A DNA stretch of 64,000 nt from Zancudomyces culisetae HAW-14-8. Its lineage: Eukaryota > Fungi > Kickxellomycota. The notes under the pieces are model-generated. The model worked only from the letters and a program-made list of their open reading frames with translations, did no database searches and had not been told where the DNA came from. Below are positions 23,436-33,614 of this stretch, one piece after another; the stretch's first letter is position 1, and each line of letters starts with the position of its first letter. The stretch lies in the NCBI GenBank assembly GCA_052426225.1, contig JBNJNM010000021.1:868001-932000 (forward strand), given 5' to 3'. A program made the translations under genes and the position numbers.

Positions 23436-26400
23436 ATGAGCACAAGGAGGAAAAAGACAATCAAAAGATATGTTGATCCAAGGTTACATTCGCATTTCTA
23501 TAGCCAAATGTCCCGTACACCAACGCTAGTATTAAATAAGGCATTTGGAAAAAGGGAGTATGAAAGTGATGAAGAGTACGAATATATTGATGGAAGTTCT
23601 GATGAGAACACGCAGCAGGAGATAGAGTCGAACTCTGGACGTGCTTCTGATACCATCAATGCCGTTGATGTAGAAAGTATATCGGTGGGTGTGGATATAA
23701 AAAGCAAAAGACCGTCTTTAAAGGTAGTTGCAGACCCAGTTGATACTGAGGAGGCAGATAAAAACTATTCAAAGGTAGGCCAAAAACCCAAAAATACAGG
23801 CGAGGGTCTGAACATTGCTGAGGTTATTACCGATGTAAGTGAAGAGGAGGATTTTTTCAAAACAATTACATCGGATAAACAGTGGTTATCTGACAGTGCT
23901 GAACTGAAAAATGAATACGCAACAAAAAGAGAGAAGCGCGAAAGTAAGGTTGAGGTAGGAGTCACACCGAATAATTTGGATAGCCTGTGTGAAATACAAA
24001 CAACGGAATGTGAGTCAGGTGATAGAAACCATTTGGAAAATTATGATCAAAACCTACAGAAAAATGATGAATTGCAACCATACAGCTGTAGAAGGGTAGA
24101 ACACGTGGAGCAAATCAGTTCGGAGCCGGTGGCTATTCCTAACGACGTTGAAGTGGGAGAGGTTGCGCCTATACTTGAAAATCTAGGTGTTGAGAATGTA
24201 CCTGATGCTGGTGAACTACAAGATGAACGTTTAAGTACAGTTAAAGATGACATAGATTTAAACCCAGTTACCTGGGATGATGTAGGTAGTAAAACAATGC
24301 CAACTAAGTCACACTCTACATTTTTTTCGCTTAGAGGTGAGAGAAGACCTCTTCCAAGCATCCCCAACAGTGATAGTAAAAGAATCAATCAGGAGATGCG
24401 AGGTGGCTCAGCACCTATACTACAAGACGCAGAAAATACAATATCACCCACAACCAGCGCCGAATTTAGGAGTACTAGAGTTCCTGGTTCTGGCTACAAA
24501 CGCAGACCGCTACCTGATATCCCAAAACTAAAAAAAGAAGACACTGAGAAAATGCAGCTACGTGGTAAACCTTCACTTATAGATGACTTGGAGCTAGACG
24601 ATCAGAAAAAACACGGAAAGAAATTAAACAGTGCAGGCGAAACTGAAATGTTTCACAAAGAAAAAGATCCAATAGCCAATAATTTTGAAAAATCGAAAGA
24701 AATGAAGCATTCCAACTTAATGTATGATGGAAAAATAGCTATGGAAGTTAATAATGTTACTAGGCTAGAGGATAGTTCCCGTGGTGGTTCCGTTCAAGGA
24801 AAATCAAAGTTACAGAATGTAATCAGCGAAAGAGAGGGCGATACGGGTCGAAATAAACGCTCAAAGGAAACAAAACCACCAATCCCAAAAAAACCGCGAC
24901 CTGTTATAAGACTTGGAAGCTATATCAAGAAGTTCACTGCGTTGGAGAGGGGTTCATCAGATAGTGATAAGGATGGTTCTAACAGTGACGAAGATGTTAA
25001 GCCCTTGGCGAAACCGGCGGAAAAAAAGCAGAAAGACTCGGATGGCACACGAAGTGAAGTGGTGCGTGGGAAGTTTGAAAGGAAAAGAAGGGTGAAGGGA
25101 CCAAGGAATCCACCCCCAATTCCTAAATCGAGAAGTTCGTTGGGAATACCGCCGATTGACTTGAAATTCAAGGGTTTGGAACTTAAGAGTAAGAAAAATG
25201 AACAAGACGGTAGTGATTATAAAAATGATAGTAAAGGGAAGGCTTCGTTGTTTGAATACAGAAGTCAAATGCTTAATATTCTTGTTAATACAACAGAAGA
25301 TCTGTGTAACAATTTTGTACAAAATGAAAAGAAAGAACATTTGACTAAACAGGAGCCCGGGGCCGGGGGGATAGCAGCAAAAGTTATCAATAAGACCGTT
25401 CCATTTTATTTTTTTACTAACACAAGAACAAACAAGAGGATAGACGGACCTAGAGAGAACCAAGAACTTTTGGAAAATAAGAGTGTTGGGGCTGCTGTGA
25501 ATTTGAATACTAACGATATAGTTAATGTAGAAAAGCATGAGAAAAATCAAAGAGAGAAGGATTGTGGTGATTTGGGTACAGAGTCTTCTGGCGAGGCATT
25601 AGCATTGCCTGAGACAATTGTTGATAAAAGCAACGAGATTGAAAAACGAGTATCAGAACATTCAAGTAAGATTCATATGGATTCTTGTAACGAAAAGAAA
25701 GAAAGAGAGATTCAGTCAACGCTGGATATACTTTGTACAGTCAGTAAGGATAGAGTGGGTACGAGAACAAGTCGAAATTCCGGTGTTTTTGAAGAACAGA
25801 GATTGAACACTCGGCAGGGGCAGAGGCAAAGGAAGGTCGGAGAAAGTAAACCCACTATAAATGTTGAAACCGATGGAAGACCAGTGATAAATACTGAGGC
25901 TAAGAGTTTGAGCAAAGGTCGAAGAAGGGAATTAAAACGTGCTACGACTACAACTGTAGTTAGACCGAAAGTGATACCTAACGTTGTGCCTTTACATAGA
26001 CAAAAGAGTATGGATGATATTAAAATGTATCGGGCAAAGGGTATCAACTTGGAAGAAATTAAACAAGTAAAAAAGAAAATATTGGAACAACAGATGAATG
26101 AACTGAATACTAGCGGAAAACTACAGGGAAGAGAAAAGGAGGAGGGAGAAGCTGGGGTAGAAGTGTTTGGAGAGAAAATACGAACAGTAAACCAAGTGGC
26201 GGGGAAACGACACTCTTGGGATGGATCAGTTAAAAAAAAAAGTGGAGTAATAGTGGGTGAGGAAGTAGCACAGGAATGTTTTACAAGTGCTGGTATTCAC
26301 GATGAAAAGCGAAATCAACTGCCTGAAGAGCAAAACTATAAACAAAGACAGGGACAGGGAAAAGAACAAGTACAAGATCAGGATCAGGATCAGGATCAGG

Positions 26401-28718
26401 ATCAGGATCAGATACAAGAGCAAGACAAAGAAAAAGAAAAAGAAAAAGAAAAAGAAAAAGAAAAACAGATGCAAAAAGAAGAGGATACAAACAAGGCTGC
26501 AAACGAATGGAATACCAAGGAAATTATGCGAATGCGAAGAAGAAAAGAAGCCATTCTGGAACTGTATCATACAGAGGTGTCATTTGCACAGGATATCGGG
26601 TTGCTTATTGAACTGTTTTATATTCCTATTTCAAAACTAGAAGAGCCACAAATAGTGGATGCGATATTTGGAAACATCAATGAAATATCGGTAATTAGTG
26701 CAAGGATTTGCAGCACGCTGGAAACTTTACTTTTGCCACTATTTACCATAGACGAAAGCGGTACACAGAGGGAATATATTGGGTTTGATTACAGAAATTC
26801 AGTTGGTACAAATTCACGAATTTCAAATTCAACCTCAGGTAATAGTAAGAAATCAATTGATTCTTCACCAATATCACCTGGTGACTACAATCGCGGGAAC
26901 AGTTTTCCAATAACTAGGCTTGCAAGTAATGGCAGGGAAGTTGGCAGTGGGAGGAAAGAAGGGCATGCTAATGACAAATCAAAGCGGAAAACAGTGACGG
27001 GTTTGGAATCATCAGCATCTAACGCAAGGGGATTCGGTTCTAAACACAAAAGCACAATATGTTTGAATGATGAAGCTGTGTGGTCGAACGACTATAAAGG
27101 GGGGATAAGAGTTCACCCAGCATTTACACCTGATTTCAAGCCTAAGCGATTTACACCAGCCATTGAAATGCCGAAACTACTTGAAATGGATTCCCAAGCT
27201 GCTCACAAAAAATCGCTGGATGAAACGGTGTATTTAGCCAGCAAGGATAAAGTATTGGATTTGGTGGAGCAAGGTAAAACCGAAGAGAAAAAAAATAGTC
27301 CGGATTCTGTAATGAGCGGAAGAGAAGCGTCTAGCGAGTCGATTATATTGGACTTAGTCGATTCACTGCAGGTTGGAAGCACGCTGAGTGAAATGTTAAG
27401 AGATATTACAGAGGCATATACAGTCTATTCTGCAAACTATCCAAAAGCACTTTTGTATTTGACAAATTTGAGAAAACTAAACTCCAAACTTACAAAGAAA
27501 GTCATAAGAGGAAATTATTCTGAGGGAATGGGTAGCATTTCATCAGTGATTGGGCTGGTGGGTGGTGTTGGTGGAATTGGAGGAAATACTGGTACCAGTA
27601 GTGGTAATACTGGTAATTACAACAATAATAGTGGTAATAAAAACGGCAATATAAACTTGCAAGTATCAGAAATCATAAAAGCTGGAGAAAAGGACAGGCG
27701 GATGAGACGGCTAGAACTGAGTGCATTTCTATTGACACCAATCCAGCGACTAACAAGGTATCCGCTTTTGTTCAGAAGTATTTTACGATACACTCGAAAG
27801 CATAATGATCCAGACGAAAAGGATGAAGTCGCAGTTGGCGATAACGAAGATTATTTTGCGATATCACAGGCAATTATGGATTTGGAAGAGATTGTGACAC
27901 AGGTGAACAACCGAGCTGCCAAAAGGGCGTCTGATTATGTGATGGAGGAGTTACAAGAGCGACTGTACAACATTGTGAGTAGTGTATTTATCAAGGACTG
28001 CTTTATTGGACCAACGTTGGTGATGGGTCAACGGAGATTGATAATGGAAGGTCAGTTAACAAAGGTATATAGCCGGAGAATGCTATACTTGTTTTTGTTT
28101 AATGATATGTTGATGGTAACAACCATGTCGATCCCCTCATCTTCTCCCTCCTTGTCAGTCACAAATAGTATTATTACTGGAGGAGGAGGTAGTAGCATTA
28201 ATGGTATTAATACTGGAGGTGTTGGTGTTGGCGTTGGTGTTGGTAGTGGTAGCGGTAGTGGTGGAGGTAGTGGAGGTAGTGGTACTCAACCTCGTAAAGG
28301 AGGACCCGTGTACTCGTTATACTATCCAATAATAGAACCATGTGATTATGTGGTACAGAACATTTCGGCTTCATTTGGTAGTAAAGACAGAGTTGGAAAT
28401 AGCAGCAGCAAAATCAACAATATTAGTAATAACAATGTCAGTAGTAGCAGTGTTGCTGGAAATGGACTAGGAGGAGGCAATAATGAAAGTTCATCATCTT
28501 CGTACCTAATCTCACTATACCTTGTAAAACTGCAGAAACAAGTATACTTGAAATCGTATAACCGCGAAAATGCCAAAAACTGGGTCAATGCGCTGCGCAA
28601 GGCCTCCGATGATCACTACAATGCGGTTTGTCAATCACTTCGGGATGGAGTACATGTTGGATTTAGAAATAGTATTATGTCCTGTGAAATGCGAGAAAAG
28701 TATATAAATAGATATTAA
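23436..28718 (+). CDS. Large Dbl-family RhoGEF (DH-PH) with long disordered, Pro-motif-rich N-terminus
   Basis: DH CR1 RRKEAILELYHTEVSFAQDI; IFGNINEI; CR3 LSAFLLTPIQRLTRYPLLF; PH RRLIMEGQLTK...YLFLFNDMLM...WVNAL. Confidence 0.88.
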   Translation: MSTRRKKTIKRYVDPRLHSHFYSQMSRTPTLVLNKAFGKREYESDEEYEYIDGSSDENTQQEIESNSGRASDTINAVDVESISVGVDIKSKRPSLKVVADPVDTEEADKNYSKVGQKPKNTGEGLNIAEVITDVSEEEDFFKTITSDKQWLSDSAELKNEYATKREKRESKVEVGVTPNNLDSLCEIQTTECESGDRNHLENYDQNLQKNDELQPYSCRRVEHVEQISSEPVAIPNDVEVGEVAPILENLGVENVPDAGELQDERLSTVKDDIDLNPVTWDDVGSKTMPTKSHSTFFSLRGERRPLPSIPNSDSKRINQEMRGGSAPILQDAENTISPTTSAEFRSTRVPGSGYKRRPLPDIPKLKKEDTEKMQLRGKPSLIDDLELDDQKKHGKKLNSAGETEMFHKEKDPIANNFEKSKEMKHSNLMYDGKIAMEVNNVTRLEDSSRGGSVQGKSKLQNVISEREGDTGRNKRSKETKPPIPKKPRPVIRLGSYIKKFTALERGSSDSDKDGSNSDEDVKPLAKPAEKKQKDSDGTRSEVVRGKFERKRRVKGPRNPPPIPKSRSSLGIPPIDLKFKGLELKSKKNEQDGSDYKNDSKGKASLFEYRSQMLNILVNTTEDLCNNFVQNEKKEHLTKQEPGAGGIAAKVINKTVPFYFFTNTRTNKRIDGPRENQELLENKSVGAAVNLNTNDIVNVEKHEKNQREKDCGDLGTESSGEALALPETIVDKSNEIEKRVSEHSSKIHMDSCNEKKEREIQSTLDILCTVSKDRVGTRTSRNSGVFEEQRLNTRQGQRQRKVGESKPTINVETDGRPVINTEAKSLSKGRRRELKRATTTTVVRPKVIPNVVPLHRQKSMDDIKMYRAKGINLEEIKQVKKKILEQQMNELNTSGKLQGREKEEGEAGVEVFGEKIRTVNQVAGKRHSWDGSVKKKSGVIVGEEVAQECFTSAGIHDEKRNQLPEEQNYKQRQGQGKEQVQDQDQDQDQDQDQIQEQDKEKEKEKEKEKEKQMQKEEDTNKAANEWNTKEIMRMRRRKEAILELYHTEVSFAQDIGLLIELFYIPISKLEEPQIVDAIFGNINEISVISARICSTLETLLLPLFTIDESGTQREYIGFDYRNSVGTNSRISNSTSGNSKKSIDSSPISPGDYNRGNSFPITRLASNGREVGSGRKEGHANDKSKRKTVTGLESSASNARGFGSKHKSTICLNDEAVWSNDYKGGIRVHPAFTPDFKPKRFTPAIEMPKLLEMDSQAAHKKSLDETVYLASKDKVLDLVEQGKTEEKKNSPDSVMSGREASSESIILDLVDSLQVGSTLSEMLRDITEAYTVYSANYPKALLYLTNLRKLNSKLTKKVIRGNYSEGMGSISSVIGLVGGVGGIGGNTGTSSGNTGNYNNNSGNKNGNINLQVSEIIKAGEKDRRMRRLELSAFLLTPIQRLTRYPLLFRSILRYTRKHNDPDEKDEVAVGDNEDYFAISQAIMDLEEIVTQVNNRAAKRASDYVMEELQERLYNIVSSVFIKDCFIGPTLVMGQRRLIMEGQLTKVYSRRMLYLFLFNDMLMVTTMSIPSSSPSLSVTNSIITGGGGSSINGINTGGVGVGVGVGSGSGSGGGSGGSGTQPRKGGPVYSLYYPIIEPCDYVVQNISASFGSKDRVGNSSSKINNISNNNVSSSSVAGNGLGGGNNESSSSSYLISLYLVKLQKQVYLKSYNRENAKNWVNALRKASDDHYNAVCQSLRDGVHVGFRNSIMSCEMREKYINRY
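26375..26465 (+). repeat. Coding hexamer repeats (GATCAG)n then (GAAAAA)n, giving QD and EK runs in the RhoGEF
   Basis: gatcaggatcag... followed by gaaaaagaaaaag... Confidence 0.9.
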
Positions 28719-28878
28719 TTAATCTCTTCTTTTTATTTTGTAAAATTATTTTGGTTTATAAATATTTGTTTAGCGATATAATTTAGATATATACTATGTA
28801 TATCAATATTAAAAGTATTTTAGGAAAAGAGATTAAAACAAACAGGAAGAAAAGAAAAGAAAAGAAAAGGGAAAAAAA

Positions 28879-31283
28879 CTAAATGTACAAGCCAGTAACA
28901 ACCCCTGTGGCCAAACACTCGTTGTTTTTGAATAACGTAAATCTTCCCATGCAATTGTTGCAAGTTCTGTACAAATCAAGCAAAATTGGGTGAGAAAGAT
29001 GGTTTTGTTGGGTTATGTTGTGATGGTTATTGGTATCTGGTCCAGGACCGCTAGAATCAACCAAGAGTTTGATTTCTACAGACTTTGTGGGTAATAGTAG
29101 GTCACCACCACCGCTACTAGTACCTTTAGAAGACCTTCCGGAGACAACAAAAGTGGGTTGCTGCTTAGGTCCAATCCTTTTGATGACAGCAGGAACAGTA
29201 GTGTTGTAGGCATGGAACATTACATTGAGACCTTTGGTCAAAATGCAATTGTTGTTGAATACAGTGACATCCGCTATCAGTCTATTTGTTGGGAATATAA
29301 TATCGGCGATGTTTACAGAGCCACTAGGAAGATTCGTGTTGGCTACAAGACTGTCATATGAAGCTAAGAATGACCCAACCCGATAGTTGTTAATATCAAT
29401 ACCTGTCAAGTTCAGCGTAACCATATCACCAGCAACTGCCCACAAATAATCGTTTCCATCATTACTATCACCACCATTGTTATCGCCGTCACCAAGAGAT
29501 GAAACCAGCAGCGAATCGTGGTATAGATACTTGACAGAAGCAACCTCCAATTTGACAGCAGATGAGGCAGCACTAGCAGAAGTAGTGGTATGACCGTGTG
29601 TCAGGGTTGAAGATCCAGCGTTTGTGAGAGTATGAGTCGAAATGGGAATTGAAATCAACCTATCACCCACTTGTACGCTTCCTTGAACAACTCTACCGCT
29701 AACACTAACAGAAGTACTAGAGCCGTGGCCACCGTCCTTGTAATAATCGTTTATAAGGATTCGAAGTGGTTTATCGATATCACCACGATCAGGTAAAGGA
29801 ACAGAGTCCAGTGCTTCAATTAAACTAAGCTGTCGTTTCTGATTATCTTCATCTTGCATTTCATCAACACTAACACTATTGGCATTGACATTGCCGTTAT
29901 CGTTGTTATACCATTCAGAAAAAGTTAGCAACGAAGGTGATTGAGCATTTTTGTCTATACGTTTGACCAGATTTACACCAGTCATCCCAGAAACTGGTAC
30001 AAAACGAATCTTTTGCATGTCAAATCCATTGGTGATAAAAAAGTCGGTCATTTGCTGGATAATAAACTTAAACCTGTCGACTGACCAATCACAATTTTCC
30101 ATCTTGTTGACAGCAACAATGATGTTTTCAACACCAAAGCTCTTTACCAACATGGCGTGATCCTTAGTGGTTGAAGTTGAAGCTAGTGTTTGTGTGTGCG
30201 TGTGTTTCTGTGCCGAGTGGTGTTTACTGCTAGTACTGTTCGCTATGTTTTCAAAAAAGCCCGTTTCAAATTCACCCTTGCTGGAATCAACCACAAGAAT
30301 AGCTACATCGGCTTGTGACGCACCATTAATCATGTTGGATAGAAAATCACGATGGCCTGGTGCATCCATCAGCGTAAATGTTCGGTTGGCTGTCCGAAAG
30401 CTGTTGGTTGAAATGTCGATAGTTACCCCACGCTCCCGCTCCATATCCGTCTGATCAAGCACCCAGGCATACGCAAATGTCTTCTTGCCAATCTTTTCTG
30501 ATTCCTTTTCGTACTTTCTCATTATTCGCTCGTTTACTTGCCCTCTTTCATATAGCAATCGCCCCATCAGCGTACTTTTTCCTGAATCCACGTGTCCAAC
30601 AACCACCAAATTCATATTGTGGTCGATTTCTCTCCGCTTTGCGTACTCCGCCTTTACATCTATTTTTTTCTTTCCCTTGGATATACTTCCTCTTCCTTTG
30701 TCGTCTCGAATGCTCAATGATGCCAAATCTTTATTTTAAAATATATTAGACTTCATTTTCACAAAATATTCATCTTTTTACTTAATTAACTTTTGTACTA
30801 GAATGTAATTTACCCTTACCAATACCACTCGCCTTCCTGTCGCTGCCCTTGCTTTGAGCCGCAAAGACAACATCATCAGGACTTGGTGTATCAAACCCAA
30901 ACGCCTTAACATCGCCACCATCTCCGCTAACCACTCCTCCTTTACCTTTCCCTCCCTTTGGTTTTAAAGTAACTTTGTTTCCACCCTTTGTCTTGTTAGC
31001 TACGCCTATTTCAATATTTAAAATTCCCACGTCAATAATTTTTTTAGTTTTAGATTCTGTGGTGGCTTTGGTGTTAATCTTGGCTTTGAGGTTGGGCTTG
31101 AGTTTAGGAATGGGTTTGATACTGGCTTTGATATTGGTATTGATATTGGTATGTTTTTCAGTTTTGTTCTCATCAAGTTGCTGTCGTTGCTGTTGCTGTT
31201 GCTGTTGCTGTTGTTGCTGTTGCTGTTGCTGTTGTTGCTGTTGTTGTTCCTGTTGTTGTTGTTCCTGTTGTTGTTGTTGTTCC

Positions 31284-31314
<31 letters not shown>

Positions 31315-33067
31315 GCTCTTGTAAATATAATAGCAGTCTATTGTTGATTCTATCTATTCCACAGATTTCTATATTCTTCGACCTCCACACATTTCTTATA
31401 TTTTCAGTCAAAGGAATATCATTGTTTTCCAACAAAAATTTCGCAAAAGATGATCTTTGCGCAAGCAGTTGCATTTCCGACTGATTTTTAACTAGAATAC
31501 CAGTGGGTTCAACATGATTCTTATCCATCCTAGTGGTTCCCGGTAGCCTGGGCATTAGGGGTCGTTGAATCTTTGGAACACTTGGTGTGGTTTTATTATC
31601 ACCAGCTCTTGGTGCTATCCTTGGAATGCTGGTATTTAAAACCGGTAATTTTTGGCTGGTTTTTCCAGTGTTATAATCCAGTAGGCTCCTCCGCAGACCT
31701 GCCAGTTCTGTTTCGGGTTTGGTATTATCCAAATCTCCAATTGAATCTAATGCGCTGGAAATCGCAACTGATGATAAGGCTGTTGATACGTTTGTACGTT
31801 CTCCCTGACTATCTTTGCCTATAGAGAGACCCAGAATATCTCTGGTTTTCTTTTCTTCATGTAAACCTTTTTTCTGAAAACTACCAATTTTTGGTAATCC
31901 AAAGTTGGACTTGTTTAAGCTGGGGAGCCTAGGTAACTCTGGACCCTTAAGCTCCTTTTTCTCGGGTTGAGTAGGTTTTGATGTATTTAAAGTAACTACG
32001 CTCTTAGTCTTGTTTGTAAATAATTCGGTTTCTTCCTGTTCCTCTTCTAGTTGGTAATTGCACAATAACATTCGCTTTTAATATATTTTTCCTTCGCATT
32101 TTACTCGCAGTTCGTGTTTTCATTTCCACGTTGTTTACCAAAAAGAACCTCTTTGTATTCTTGACAAAGTATCACAAACCAGTATCCTGGTAACCATTAA
32201 ACTCTCACCGTTTATCAAAATCCATCAAAAAAAATCCAAAATTAACAATTAGCAATTAACTGCCAAATACTTTACACCTCTACCATTCACTATCTCCCTT
32301 TTTCAACTCTTTTTTTTTGATGGCCATTTACTCAAAATATTTCAAAGCATGGCTTTTCCACCTCTCCCCCATGCATGATATTCTCATTTTTTTAAAAGTA
32401 AATCCTAGCATAGTTGCTAGGTAAAAATTAAAACGATAATCCTATATGAACAAATTACCTTGACCAATATCCAATTTGTATTGCTCTATTTTATTTTATT
32501 GCCACAAACGTTGTTTTTATTTGATATAGTACATGAATACCTAAAAATTTCACTCCCTGCCCCTAATAAGCACTATATTTTCGATTTTCAAATACTTACT
32601 CTTTAGATATGACAACGTCTTGTTTTCATCAAAATAATAGTACCACAATGAATCTTTAATCTCCCGATCCGGAATTTTGTGATTCTTTCCCAACTTTTGC
32701 TTTATGCTTTTAACTCCATTTTCAAGCCGTTCTACAGTTCGTAGCAATTTGCAAATTAAAACTTACACTTTTCGATTCTACAAGATAAGTAGCTTCTCAA
32801 TTCGTTAACTCTCCCGCCCCTTGTCCAGAAAATACATTTGTATGATTACCTAGATCAGCTTCGGAAATTTCTTCTTGATCATAGTCTTGGTCACTGTAAT
32901 AATCTATTTTGGATTCATTGGCGAAAATGGTGGTGTATATTAGTCAATTTGTTTATCCCCTCCCCCCCTCTCTCTTTCAATAACTTTTGTTAATTCTGTA
33001 TCCAATTGTTTCTTTTACCTTCCTCCTCCTCCAAATCTATCTTTTTAACTGCTCTGTGCCGCGACAT
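28879..33067 (-). CDS. HBS1: HBS1 translational GTPase locus with an internal Ski7-like exon. Predicted exons: 33019-33067, 32850-32903, 32600-32731, 32459-32485, [30820-32046], 28879-30728
   Basis: Start MSRHRAVKKIDLEEEE; Hbs1 N-domain EIKDSLWYYYFDENKTLSYL; G1 GHVDSGKST, ERERGVTID, DAPGHRDF, NKME. All introns are GT-AG and phase 1. Confidence 0.88.
31178..31323 (-). repeat. CAA/CAG trinucleotide tract encoding a poly-Gln run
   Basis: (tgt/tgc)n on the plus strand; QEQQQQ...QQRQQ on the minus strand. Confidence 0.95.
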
Positions 33068-33614
33068 TGTTTTACTGTGTTGATGTTTTCAACTCTTTCA
33101 ATTACTAAATAAAAAATTAAGCTTTATTTACCAATTTATTTTCACTTTGATATTTTTAAACTCAAACTTTGCATTTATCACAGGATTTGGCTGTGTAATT
33201 GTTAAAAAAAAATTTTTGTGGTCATTTGCTGGAGAATAAACAATCAGTAGAAAAATGTAACAAGCTTAAACTTCCGAAACTCTGATAAAAAAAAGGATAA
33301 AACCCAATCGAAAATGAAAAGTGGAAAAGATTGGATATCAGCACAAATCGAAAAAAACATTCCTCTGCTGGCCAATAGGTTCGTTGAACATAGCTACAAC
33401 TCGAAGGCCTTTCATCAACCTGTGTACACTCAAACTTTAATGCACCGAGTGTTTGGTGTTACTGAAAATTCATGGGTATACATTATTTATTAAAGAAAAG
33501 GCTTAAAAACCATATATTATATTACCCAAGTGGTTTGTTGTGCACACAAAATAGTCGAAATCAATCATAATAAAAACTATCGTAGTTATCGCTTTAATCA
33601 AAAAAAAAATCAAA

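Noticed and set aside
30975-31484. Poly-Cys ORF on the plus strand
   Set aside because: Antisense shadow of the CAA/CAG poly-Gln tract.
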